From Lytechinus pictus (taxonomy: Eukaryota), in the NCBI RefSeq assembly GCF_037042905.1, contig NC_087252.1, positions 3,350,001 through 3,414,000 of the forward strand: DNA of 64,000 nt, given 5' to 3'. The notes beneath the pieces are model-generated. The model was not told where the DNA came from and did not search any database. It saw nothing but the letters and a program-made list of their open reading frames with translations. Below are positions 49,436 to 61,861 of the stretch, piece after piece. The position numbers and the translations under genes were made by a program. The stretch's first letter is position 1. Each line of letters starts with the position of its first letter.

Positions 49436-52400
49436 GTAAGTTAAATTATGTTGCAAATTGAGTTGTTTTGTTAAATTCATTGATAATTGCGATGCGAGGA
49501 ACATGGCAACTAAACACGTGAATGTGAATTTTGTGTTGCGTGTTTATGTGGATCGATCGAGAGACTGAGCTTTTTTAGGAACGACTTTAAACGTCAAATT
49601 ACATGCGACTGCTGCAGCGATTCGCGGTATTTGTCCGGGACTTTGACGGCCTTTTTAAGATCTAACTTATGTATGCCTAGGCTATCAACTAGATCTAGAT
49701 CTGCACGTACTTAGATAGGCCTTCGTTACATACTTGTAACCATTTAAGTTAAATCTATCACATGCAACAAGTTTGTAAAAAATGTATATAAAAAAATCAA
49801 AATTGGACAAGGAGTAAAGGAGCTATGATAATTTAAAGATATGGATTTCGGTGAAACAGTTCTATGCATGTTTTTATGAATTTACTTGACAAACTGATGC
49901 AAAGATGTCTCACCTTGTTACATGAAATTATGTTTGTTCTATCCCCCCCCCCCTCCAAGACTAGATATTAATTAATGCAAAAAGGTGACATATCATTCAC
50001 ACACGTATGACCAAATAAAATAAGTATGATTTCATGTTTTGTTATAAGAAAAGTTAAAGTGGGGTGTCATCATCAGCCCATCTAACGAATATTTATTAAG
50101 ACGTGCATATAACTGTTTTTATAATGCATGAAAAACCCTTTTAGATCTAGTTGTTATCAGATTTTGATGAAATTTGCAGCATTTGCTTACATTTGATGAA
50201 ATTATTTTCAGCTCGGAGTACCCTTTTAAATCGGTTAATTATGGACATTTTTCAAATCCCCTCTTCTAACAAAATTCTTATTTGTCGGACTTCTGATTTC
50301 AAATTTGTTTTTTTTTTTCGGAGGGGGTGGGGTCTATTTGGTATGAGCTTCACCAAAGCTGTGCAAATGATATCGAAATTATAACTAGAAAACAGATTGT
50401 CACAATTTATAAGAAATTTATTCAAAAATAACAATATATTTTGGGGGCGGGTGTGGGGGGTATTTCTTATTTTTTTCTACAATCTGGTCGAGCTACATTA
50501 CATGAGGTTCGCCAACTTTCTACACAAAATCATTCAATATTATTTTAAAAAATGAAAAGACATATTTTTGAAAATAAAAATAAATTATAGTTTTACTTGT
50601 TTTTTTTTTGTTTTTTTTCTTAAGTAGTGTTTTTTTTTAAATAAACTTTAACTCTGAAAATTTGTTAACTAATTGGCCTTGTTTTCTTTCGTTGTGTTAA
50701 ACATGTTAAAGGCACGGGATCTACAGAGCAACTATATTAGTGCAGTGAGGACAAGACATCTCAGAACCAACATACAGCTGACAGCAGCCCTTCAAGAAGT
50801 ACTTTAAGACTCTGTTATGGGATTCACCATTACCACAGCTTCAGGTAGCTTTCCATGCTTTATCCATATTCTATATGGAAATAGTGTGCCAGTTTTTACT
50901 TTATCATGTCAGTTGTAACCGATTTTTCCACGAATTAATTGCCGTTTTATAAGATATTGTTTTAAAATTTATTTTACCACTATTAGTACATGAAATCTAG
51001 AATTATGGAAAATATAAAAAAATATAAAATGATAAAAACAATAAAAAATGAAGAAAAAAATACAGGATTTGGATAAAAGCTCATGCAGAGAAAGCTTTTT
51101 GCAAGTGATATATCAAATTAAACATTTAAATATGAACATCTCATGAATTTTGGAGGGATTTTTTTACCCAATAATAGTTAAATCTTTTTTTGGTAGAAAA
51201 ATATGACATCAGGGAGTACTTCCACCTTTTATTAGAAATACAAGTAACATTTACACAAAGCCAAAGAGTGAAAAGTTAATGTATTTTAAATATCATGTTG
51301 TTGATAAATGTCCATGAATCATGAAGAAATGAGAGTGTAATGTGACTGTTTTTATAACACATTATTATCGGTGAACTTTTCAATTGCATTCATCAAACAT
51401 GTAGATTTGAGTCATCGGAACGTGGCATTTTTAAGACTGGAACATGAAGAAAGCAAACAATGCAGAGGAAGAAAATTATCCCCTTTGGTGAACCCTGCTG
51501 ACATAGTCTCTCAGATACTCCCAGATAAGCTATCAACTGGATTTTCCAAATAGAGGGAATATGATATATGGAAAGATCTTAGATGAGGACAAGGCACCTC
51601 GCGGCCTCCCCGGAAATTGAACAATGAATACATCTTTTACTTTGAATGAACAAACTCTGAAGTTTTTCGATAAAAAAATTAAACTTAATTTGTAACGTTT
51701 GCTAACCCATTAGAAGGATGTCATTGTAGAAAATTGAAATGTGGTAAGTTTGCTGCTGTATTAAGAAGTTTGTGATAATGTTAAACACACACACTAAGGA
51801 GAGATTATCGTGTTTTATATAATTTTTAGTGCAAATTTGGACAGTGGAGAGCGATGCACATTCCTGAGTTTTGCTAATACTGCTGCATAGAAGAGAGTAA
51901 ATGTATGTAGTCTCTTCCATATCAAGAATTAAACTCTGATATTATTTTTTTATTCAAGCATAAGATGTTTACAACGCATATCATTACACACGTGTACAGA
52001 GTGTAGCAGAGAAAAGATGACTATGTATTTGTGAGTATTTGTTAGTTATAATACCTGTCGTATTAATATGTGGAGCCAAGTTTTTATGCACAGTTTTATT
52101 CTTCTTTTCAAACGAAGTGACCTAAAAAAAATCCTTCAGTGATCCAGATAATTTGGCAGCAATTTGTGAAATATATTTTCATGACTACCCCATCCCTAAA
52201 AAGAAACCAAATGTGGCCCATTTCATTAAATATGGATATGATCCCTTGCTCGAATGAAAAGTACCATGAAAACAGTGAACCTTCTGCTTCCTGATTCGCT
52301 AGTTCAATGAAAGTTGATATTTCATCAAGAGTTGCTGTCATATTAAATCTTTATGAAATGTAGCTCGCATCAGCTTTTCACTATTGTGTATTGCCACCGA

Positions 52401-54199
52401 AAAAACTTGGTTTTGCAAAATTGAATTTTCTTTGTGGTTATTTTCCAAAGCTTAAGCATGATTTTCTTTAGATTTTACTTTGCGAGAAAGTGAAGTATGG
52501 ACAAACAGCATGGTGGTGTCTTTTTTTTGGGGGGGGGTTAAGGGCAGGGACAAATCTAGGATGGAGGTGGGCAGGGGCTTTGGCCCCACTTTTTTTCCCC
52601 AGAACGCATGTATAAACATGTAAAAAATTACCATTTGATTGTAATTTTTTTTTTGCATGGACAGCCCCTCCCATTTTCAAAAAAATGTTCTGCGGCGCCT
52701 GTGGGGGTGGGCACCCCCCAAAAAATGATAAGCTGCCCCTCCCCCCCCCCCCAACAACAAAAAAATCAGATGAATAACCCAACCCCATCTTCCCCTGGTC
52801 ATTGGATCTGGGAACCTCCTCTCATGTTAAAACTACGCGCTATGACGAACTATATATAGTATGACAAATAGTCTCCATAAGGGTTTTTTGCATGTAATGT
52901 GAGTGTGTGGGTGTGGGTTCTAGTGTGGGTGTGGTTGAATATGTAGAATAATTTGTTTTATTGTATTCGCCTAGCTGTGTATATATAAAAATTATGTCTG
53001 CACTACAAAAGATCACCTCGCCTATGCCAGGTATGTTGGGCGTTACAAAAGAACCAACATTTCCCTATCATGAAAAGATGAATAATAAGCCCGACTACCA
53101 TGACGACCCAAACAGCCAGGCAGGGGGGGGGGTACCCCTGATTCAATTGGCCATATCTCTAATTTGAATATGAATTAGACTCTAATATTTTGTATACACA
53201 TTGTACATGTGTCCATGTACCAGAAAACATTAAAGTTGAATTAAGAAGACGATTCCAAATATTGAGATATTTACATTAATTGCAACCTTACAACCCCCAA
53301 AATACTAAGAGGTGATTCGACCCCTCATTTTCTTTTTTCAAAATAGTGAATTTGAACGATTTATCCCTACCCATTTTCCCTGAGTTCGCTCCTGCAATGC
53401 CTACCGAGACGGGTGTTCTTTGACTGTGACGTCACCGGGGGGTATTTGGTCCCGGTGCAGTAAACAAGGCAGTGCCGTTTTGTATACTATGCACGTACGC
53501 CTTCATATTTACTTTGGTGTCAAAACTTCATTTTATCGCTATTGATTTTATGTGAACGACATTGAAAGGAAGTAATAATTACTCAAGTCATATAGTCAAT
53601 AATATGTCCTTACATTGATAAAACTGTTCTTCTTTGTAGCGATTTTAGACGATTTTCATGCCTTGTTTTCGTTCGGGACTGTGTCCGTGGCGAAACAAGT
53701 CATAATGGAATAAAACTGCAGTTGAAGTTGTATCTGCGAGCCGGAGAACTTGCAAAGAGGAAATTATTAAAAGTATATCTATGGCCGTACTATTATTCCA
53801 AATATGTAAATTCCTTCAGAATGATACCATAGACCCTAAAGGATTAATTTCAAGGCGAATAATATGAAATTTGATCGAGATCTTCTCACCAGTCGATAAC
53901 GTAGCAGACGTCTTATTATGACATATTTATCCGCGTGTGACGCGGAGGTGTGACGCGGCTCTTGCAAAAAACACAATTGGTTGCGGAATTGCTCTGTGCC
54001 GACCGGCCGCCCGCTCCGGCGCAGCTAGCTGTCGAGCTACCGTTATACCTTTCTTGCTGTCGATGTCTTCAACTTACTTGCGAATTGCGTTTATGTGTAA
54101 CGGTGACCTCGACTCTCTAGCGAAATTAAATATAGAAAACAACTCGGAAGGCCTAGACGAATAGTACGTTAGATTCAAGATTGTCCTGTTGAATGAGCT

Positions 54200-55254
54200 A
54201 TGAGTGGAAATGATCCAGAGGATATAAAAATGGAGTCAAAGACAAAAGGAAAGAAGAAAAAGACGTCAGGGGATCGCTGCATGGTCATGAACTGCGGGTC
54301 GACATACCGGACCACTACAGTACATTCAATGCCTGGGCCTTTGCCAGCTACTGGGGGTAGATTTTCTGCCCTCCAGATGGCATGGATACATTTTATCCAG
54401 CTACATAGGGTATTTGACCACACTCAAGTGAAGCACATTCATGTTTGTAGCTTACACTTTGAAAAAACCCAATATGACCAAACACAGCTTCGAATGTTTG
54501 AGATGGGACTCCGGAAAAACCCGCCTAAACTCTTGCCAGAAGCTGTCCCCCACATTTATAATCCTGAACCTGCTGCCTCTACAAGTTCAACATCCAGTGA
54601 AGCTGTGAGTGTGGCTGCGGCAAGGCCATCGACACAGTCACAAAGAAGAATTCTGCTTGCCTCTGACTCTGCCTCCAAGCCACAACAAGTCAAACGACAA
54701 AGAACGTCATATTTCAGAAAAAAGGTAGGTAGATAATGAGGCGTAAGCCAAAGTTTTGTTCATAAGATAAATTTGACTCATGGTAAATAGATATCAGAAC
54801 ATGCACTGATGCAGGATTTTCCCTGTCATGCCTGTAGACGTAAGTGTAAGATCAGAAAGTTAGATAGATATCTAGATCTGAACTCCTAGTCCTATTATTT
54901 AGATCCAGACATAATTCATTGCCAAGAATGAATAGCCAATATTTAATCTGATCAAGTATTAGTAATGACTTTATTTTTCGAAAAAAGAATAATGTGATAC
55001 ATAATTTATTGTGTTGTGGGTGTATAGATCGCTACATGTATATGAGGTCAACATATATGGTCGTAGTGTATTAGTGATCATTATTTCTAACCATAAAGAT
55101 GAAATCTTCTAAATGATTTTTTTTTTTAATATCAATTTCATTTTTATAGGAAGTTGCGGACATCGCGAGGGAACATGAGAAGAAAAATGCTGAGAAAATC
55201 ACCAAAGATATTCTTGCACGGAGTAAAGGGTGTCAGTACCGCTACTCAGCGAAG
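54200..55254 (+). CDS. THAP zinc-finger protein, exons 54200-54724 and 55150-55254; probably the 5' part of a truncated DNA-transposon gene (Kolobok/P-like)
   Basis: C2CH signature CMVMNC...P...W...VCSLHF...AVP. Phase-0 intron AAG|gtaggt ... tttatag|GAA. Exon 2 is EVADIAREHEKK...RSKGCQYRYSAK|gt. No further exon was found. Confidence 0.85.
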
Positions 55255-55596
55255 GTACTTGAAGGCGTTCCATTTTTTATTTTTACTGTGACATTGCAGG
55301 ATCTATACCGTAATCTCATGTGATAGAACAACTTTGTAGATAGTGAGAAAACTGATATACATCTTTTTGAGTGCATGTAAAGTTTTTCCTGTGATGATTA
55401 AAGATTAAAGATTGCCTATAAAGATGCAAATGTAGCATTCATTTACGTTTTTGCATGCCTATTATGTTTAGTCTCTCAGAAAACCCAAACCAACACCCCC
55501 TTCCCCCCAAAATGAATAAAAATTAAGAATAAAAAGGGGAGAGGATATTGTGTTTCCCTTTAAACTCTAACCAAAAATAAAATACATGTAAAGCGA

Positions 55597-56045
55597 CCCC
55601 GGGGGGGCCACTTCCATTGACGAGTGGATACCATGCGCGACCATGTGGTCTCGAAAAGCACCCTAAACACGTAATTTCAATATTCTGAAAATGCACCCCT
55701 TAACAAGTATTGGCGTGTGAAACCCTACCCTTAACAAGTATTGGAAACAAAACGATAATCTTGGCAAACATTCCCTGAAATGAACCCCTAAACAAGTACA
55801 GGAATGTTTTATTGTTACGGGCACTTCGGTCGTCGGCTTTACCTTATTTGGTTTAGTACGACCCCACCTTCTACACCTCGTGCAAATCGGACTCTAAACA
55901 CGAAGTGTTGGGGCAAAATGGACATCCTTTATAATACATTTTAATTTTGTTTTATCATTCCCGCAAATTCGACCCTAAACACGTAATTTTCCTAGCGAAA
56001 TAGACACCCTTTTTTCATTATTTTTGTGTTTTTGACACCCTTATC
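55597..56045 (+). mobile_element. MITE of the 2589-2889 family, right end missing
   Basis: ccccgggggggccacttccattgacgagtggatacc... Homology ends at ttttgacacccttat, where the minisatellite begins. Confidence 0.8.
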
Positions 56046-57382
56046 AGAAGGTGACTTATACAACTCGCCAAGGCGCCTTGTCTAAGACGAGAAGGCGAGA
56101 TGGTGACTTATACAAACTCGCCTAGGCGCTTTGTCTAAGACGAGAAGACAAGATGGTGACTTATACAAACTCGCCAAAGCGCCTTGTCTAAGACGAGAAG
56201 ACGAGAAGGCGACTTGTATAAACTCACCTAAGCGCCTTGTCTAAGACGAGAAGGCGAGAAGGCGACTTATAAAAACGAGCCTAGGCGCCTTGTCTGATAC
56301 GAGGTGCATCTTTCTAATTGTTCATTATTTCATGTGCAGGTACAAAGGCATTCGATAAGTTGTCCCAGGAATTATCGAAAACCTACGGAAGCTTAAACGT
56401 GCAGCGCGAAGGCGAGTTGTTTAACTCGCCAAGTCGCCTTGTTTCGGCAAAAAAGGCGAGAAGGCGACTTGTACAAACTCGCCAAGGCGCCCTTTTTAAG
56501 ACGAGATGACGAGAAGGCGACTTGTACAAACTCGCCAAGGCGCCCTTTTTAAGACGAGATGGCGAGAAAGCGACTTATACAAACACGCCAAGGCGCCTTG
56601 CTTAAGACGGGGAGGCGAGAAGGCGACTTGTACAAACTCGCCAAGGCGCCCTTTTTAAGACGAGATGACGAGAAGGCGACTTGTACAAACTCGCCAAGGC
56701 GCCCTTTTTAAGACGAGATGGCGAGAAAGCGACTTATACAAACACGCCAAGGCGCCTTGCTTAAGACGGGGAGGTGAGAAGGCGACTTGTACAAACTCGC
56801 CAAGGCGCCTTGTCTAAGACGAGAAGGCGAGAAGGTGACTTATACAACTCGCCAAGGCGCCTTGTCTAAGACGAGAAGGCGAGATGGTGACTTATACAAA
56901 CTCGCCTAGGCGCTTTGTCTAAGACGAGAAGACAAGATGGTGACTTATACAAACTCGCCAAAGCGCCTTGTCTAAGACGAGAAGACGAGAAGGCGACTTG
57001 TATAAACTCACCTAAGCGCCTTGTCTAAGACGAGAAGGCGAGAAGGCGACTTATAAAAACGAGCCTAGGCGCCTTGTCTGATACGAGAAGGCGAGAAGGT
57101 GACTTGTACAAACTCGCCTAGGCGCCTTGTCTAAGACGAGAAAGCGAGAAGGCGACTTATACAAACTTGCCAAGGCGCCTTGTCTGAGGCGAAAAGGCGA
57201 GAAGGCGACTTGTACAAACTCGCCTAGGCGCCTTGTCTAAGACGAGAAGACGAGAAGGTGACTTAAACAAACTCGCCAAGGCGCTTTGTTTAGACGAGAA
57301 GGCGAGAAGGCGACATGTACAAACTCGCTAAGGCGCCTAGTGTATGCTACGAGAAGGCGGGAAGGCGAGATGTTCAAACTCG
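56046..57382. repeat. 53-bp minisatellite array (~23 units in two blocks)
   Basis: Consensus gaaggcgacttgtacaaactcgccaaggcgccttgtctaagacgagaaggcga. Units are contiguous except for one ~100-bp interruption (56304-56405). Confidence 0.95.
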
Positions 57383-58008
57383 TTTGAGGGTAACGCAGCG
57401 CAAGTGGAGCAGCAAAATGTCAATAGACTGTGACATGGTGGACGTCAAGACGATTTGCTAGACTGCTAGAAGTGAAGAGGAGCATCATTGCAGTTTTTAC
57501 ATGAGAAATATCGGCAATTTATCATTCAGCATGCCGAGGGCTAGGCTTCCTATTTTTGTAAGTATGGTTGCCAAATTAGGCATATAGAATTTTCTCGTCA
57601 TTATTTTGATTTGGTGAATTCTATAATATTGTGCTACTCAGATTAAATGGCACTTCTATAACCCGATAAATGTCATGAAACTTTGAAAATGGTCATCTTC
57701 TTTTTAATAAGGACGAAGTAGATAGACTGCATGAAGACTAGGTGTGCCACTGATCGAGGTGTACATAATTTTTTAGACAAGGGAGGCGGGATATTAACGA
57801 CTTTCCTCAACCAGTGCAGTTATTGGGTGTCTGGACAGGTTGGGTATCCGGACAGACTGTTTTCATTTTTCAAAAAACTACATGCACCATTCTACGGATT
57901 TCTCAAAAATTATTGTTGACAGTATAAGTATTACAAAGGACAAATATTCAAAATATTTACCACAAATTCATAAATATTTTTCGTGAAATCAATGTGTAAA
58001 TGTTACAA

Positions 58009-58178
58009 CAGTGGCGGATCCAGGGGGGGGGCACAACAGGCGTGCGCCCCCCCCTATTTTTTGGATACCCCCCATTGAACGTACATGTTAATTCTCGAAA
58101 ATTTTCGGCTGCGCCCCCCTATTTTTCAAAATTTTCGGCTGCGCCCCCCCCTATTTTCAAATCCTGGATCCGCCGCTG
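58009..58178. mobile_element. MITE (CAGTGGCGGATCCAGG ends)
   Basis: cagtggcggatccagg ... cctggatccgccgctg, flanked by ttacaa on both sides. Confidence 0.8.
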
Positions 58179-59280
58179 TTACAACTTTATTTTTTATAGG
58201 TGTCCGGACACCCAACCCCCATCCTACATACACACATGAAGTACCTGCACACAAAAAAAACTTAGCATAGGCCTGACTGTTACACCGGTAATGTCGCAGC
58301 GATGCATAATGTCACACCAACACATCTTATTGAATGGGTCGAGCCATGCGTTTGGAAATTTTGCCATGGGAGAGCAGCTCGAATGTGTGACTTTTTTTGC
58401 AAGAAAGTTCTCCATTAACATGAATATGTACACAAAGTACACAAAAAGGTCGTTTTCTTAAATAGAACAATGGGTACTCTTTTCCGCCAAAATGAGGCAA
58501 AAATTACACTTAATGAAGGGTACGGGTTTGACGGCTTTAACGACACACCCCGTCGGAACCAAATCATAGCGTACCCATCTGTAAGTCCGTCAACATTACA
58601 CTTTTTAACATAATTTATAGACCTACACACTTTTTAAAACATTTTGGTGCAGGTCTAGATCTACACCAAAATGTTTTTTATCGGTTTATATTTTTTAGAT
58701 TCACCAACTGATCGGGTTTATTTGTTGCATGCATGCATATTAGGACCATGCTTATACACCCCTTATGTGTTTTTTTTTATCACGCTGTCCTCGTTAATTA
58801 TGCTAATATGTGCATATTTAAATTCACATAAAATGGTCATTTTAGTTTCTTGACAGATTGTGTTTAAATTTGGTATAAAAATTATACAGATCTATCATAT
58901 AGAAGAAAAAAGTCCTAATGTTTTGGGAATGCTGCCCTCCTTAATCATACTGATGTATGCAACTTTGATCAAAATCACATAAAATGCTCCCATTTCTTAT
59001 TTTTTTGATATATTTTGTTTAAATTTGGTAGATAGGCCTATGACTGCTATTGGTAATGCTGCAACCAATCCAATTTATGTTTATAATGCATATCGTTCCC
59101 GGGTCTCTACCCTACGGGGGTCTCTACAACACAAGAGCATGCTTGTCTACGTGAAGGTCAAAGGTCAATTAACAATTAATGTCTCATTTCACTGTTTTTT
59201 AACCACGCGCATTTCAAACCCACGTTTTGCGGACGACCATATATTGGACGTTGTACATATTTTTTTTCGACTAGCGTGGA

Positions 59281-60591
59281 TTGGCCCTTCCAATCAAGAA
59301 AAAAAAATGTTTCTTATATGTTTGTTTGATTTTTGTCTTTCAGGTGTTCATATTCGCTTCCTTTCTCGGGGTAGCAGGACAACCACCTCCATTCTACACG
59401 GCTGCAGCACTTGGCGAGTTGGTGGAAGATTTATCAGATGACCTGATTCAGCACTATTACACTGCGGGATTTACCGCAATACAAATCCTCCTGTTGCTGC
59501 ATATGCGTCACGAAATTTCCATCGGTATCAGAAGAATTCGACAAATTATTCGACGTCTCAGAGTGCGAAGAGTTGATCGACGGAGCAACGTAAATGACAT
59601 CATAAATGCCATTACATTTGAATTGCGTGGATCGGGACAAAACCTTGGTTACAGGGCGATGTGGAGGAGACTGAGAATCAGACATGAAATATCTGCTACA
59701 CAAAGAGTGGTGCGAGAGCTTCTGTCAGCTATGGATCCTGATGGGGTCGAGAGGAGATCGAATCGGCGTCTACATCGACGAAGATACGTTAATAGAGGTC
59801 CAAATCACGTCATACATATTGATGGTTATGATAAACTCAAACCATATGGTTTTGCAGTTCACTCTGCTATTGACGGATTTTCGCGGAAGGTATTATGGCT
59901 TAAAGTTGGGCGTTCAAATAATAATCCGCGATATATCACACGATTTTTTTTAGACTATATTTCATTAATTAATGGAGTACCTCGAATCGTACGGAGTGAC
60001 AGAGGAACAGAAAATTGTCAAATTCGTGATGTACAAATTGCCCTTCGTTGGTATCATGACGATGAGTTCCATCGATACAAAAGTTTCATGTATGGGCGTT
60101 CAACAAGTAATCAAAGAATTGAATCTTGGTGGGGACATGTTGGGAGGCTTTCATCTCGATTCTGGATTGAACTTTTCAAGCAATTCCGCGATAATGGTGG
60201 ATTGGACAATACCAATCCAATTCACGTTGAAGCATTACGATTTTGTTTCACAAACCTAATTCAGCGTGACTTGGATCTTGTTGTTCAAGAGTGGAACCAA
60301 CACCGAATCAGGAGTCAGGCCAATGAAGAATCACCATATGGGATACCGGATTTAATGTATTATGTTCCTGAAATATACGGAGCCGAAGATAACAAGATGC
60401 CACTTGCTTATTCACTCGACGAAGTACAGGAAACTGCAAATAATATATCGCTTGATTTTCCACCATACGGATGTAGCCAAGAGTTTGTTGAGGTAGTAAA
60501 TCAGTATGTCGGTGATGTTCACAATTTCCAGCTTCCTGAATCTGTTGAAGAAGCAACTGAACTCTACGAATATCTTGTAAATCTCTTGTGA
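59281..60591 (+). CDS. IS3EU-like (eukaryotic IS3/integrase-core) DDE transposase, open reading frame; true start uncertain
   Basis: LGYRAMW, RRRYVNRGPN, HIDGYDKLKPYG (D1), IDGFSRK, RSDRGTEN (D2), SNQRIESWW (E) and WNQHRIR, with no internal stop. Confidence 0.88.
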   Translation: MALPIKKKKCFLYVCLIFVFQVFIFASFLGVAGQPPPFYTAAALGELVEDLSDDLIQHYYTAGFTAIQILLLLHMRHEISIGIRRIRQIIRRLRVRRVDRRSNVNDIINAITFELRGSGQNLGYRAMWRRLRIRHEISATQRVVRELLSAMDPDGVERRSNRRLHRRRYVNRGPNHVIHIDGYDKLKPYGFAVHSAIDGFSRKVLWLKVGRSNNNPRYITRFFLDYISLINGVPRIVRSDRGTENCQIRDVQIALRWYHDDEFHRYKSFMYGRSTSNQRIESWWGHVGRLSSRFWIELFKQFRDNGGLDNTNPIHVEALRFCFTNLIQRDLDLVVQEWNQHRIRSQANEESPYGIPDLMYYVPEIYGAEDNKMPLAYSLDEVQETANNISLDFPPYGCSQEFVEVVNQYVGDVHNFQLPESVEEATELYEYLVNLL

Positions 60592-61234
60592 CTCAAATAA
60601 TATTAATGATATTTCATCTGGAAGTGTGAGAGATGGAGAAAAAAAACACATCAAGGGAATTAAGTTCAATGTTCTTTTTTTAGGTAATACGCGAGTAATA
60701 GGGACCATCAATAACGGCATGTAGATTCACCTAATTAAAAAAAATGAAAAATAAAACATGCAGTCACTCTTGTGAATATTTGATTGTGACTGAAAATCCA
60801 AAGCCGTAGCCTCGTGTAATTGAAGCAGACTTCCTCTTGCCGAGGAGAAAAGGCTTCTCGTAAGGAGCTTGTCACAATCAAACAAATAAACAAAAAGCCT
60901 TCATAATCACGCGCAGTACTACGGGTGAAACTAAGAAACCTTAAAAATGCACCTATACATGATAGGTGCCTTTTGAGTTCTAGATGAAACATTGATTTTT
61001 TGATTGATTGATTTTTTTTTTTTTGTACATATGAGTCGTATTTTGTTAAGTAATCCATCTCATCAAGGACAAAAAAGAGGTTTTGCTGAATGAATAATTC
61101 CGATGTTAATGAATGTTAGGCCTATTGTTATTTTGCACATTGCATCATTGATATACGAATCTGTGTTGGGGTTCAAAGAAGTCTTTCTAATCTTTACTAT
61201 TTGCAGGCGTAAAGCCTATGGTAAATAAAATGTA

Positions 61235-61861
61235 CAGAGTGAGTCATAAATGATGCAACACTTTCTTAATTGAGCATTGTTTTACAAATATGGGATTGAC
61301 ATAGGGTTTGTTACCATGTATGGATAGATGATGTATCCCTTCGTCGTTTGGTAAAATTTTCTTCAATTTTGCTGCTACGGTTGAGCGCACAACAGCTATT
61401 GTTTGACATAAAAGCAAAACCCATTTGCGCCAAGTCAGAAAATCTTTTTACACTTCTTAAAGTGTTCATCTCACAAATATGAGAAAAGATATCACATTTA
61501 TTGCACCTGACTGTGATAGAGTAATTATTTCCCTTTGATTTGATACCAAATTTGTGGGGAATTAAATTTATTGGATATGAGCCAATAAGTGAGTCTGGGG
61601 AAAAACCCATTGTGTCATCATCAACAATGCATTGCTTTTGTCAGCACATAAATTCTATAAGTCTTGGCGCAAATGGGTTTTGACTCTTTGTTAAACAATG
61701 GCTGTTGTGCGCGCAATCGTAACACAAAAGTAAAACAAATGTTTCCAAACAACAAATTAATATAATACTCTATCCATACATGCTAAACACAATCTGTTAA
61801 TCCCACATTTTTATAACAATAGTCAATTTAAAAAGTGTTGCATTGTTTCTGACTCACTCTG
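61235..61861. mobile_element. Tc1/mariner-type MITE with long imperfect TIRs and TA TSD
   Basis: ta|cagagtgagtca...tgcaacacttt versus aaagtgttgca...tgactcactctg|ta. Inverted similarity extends ~200 bp. Confidence 0.82.

Noticed and set aside
56046..57382. CRISPR array
   Set aside because: Units are head-to-tail with no unique spacers, there are no cas genes, and the context is eukaryotic. It is a minisatellite.
59281..60591. Bacterial IS3/IS481 contaminant or retroviral integrase
   Set aside because: No HHCC zinc finger, no gag/RT, no nearby IS-type IRs. The motifs (DGYDKLKPYG, NQRIE) fit the eukaryotic family and the flanks are host repeats.
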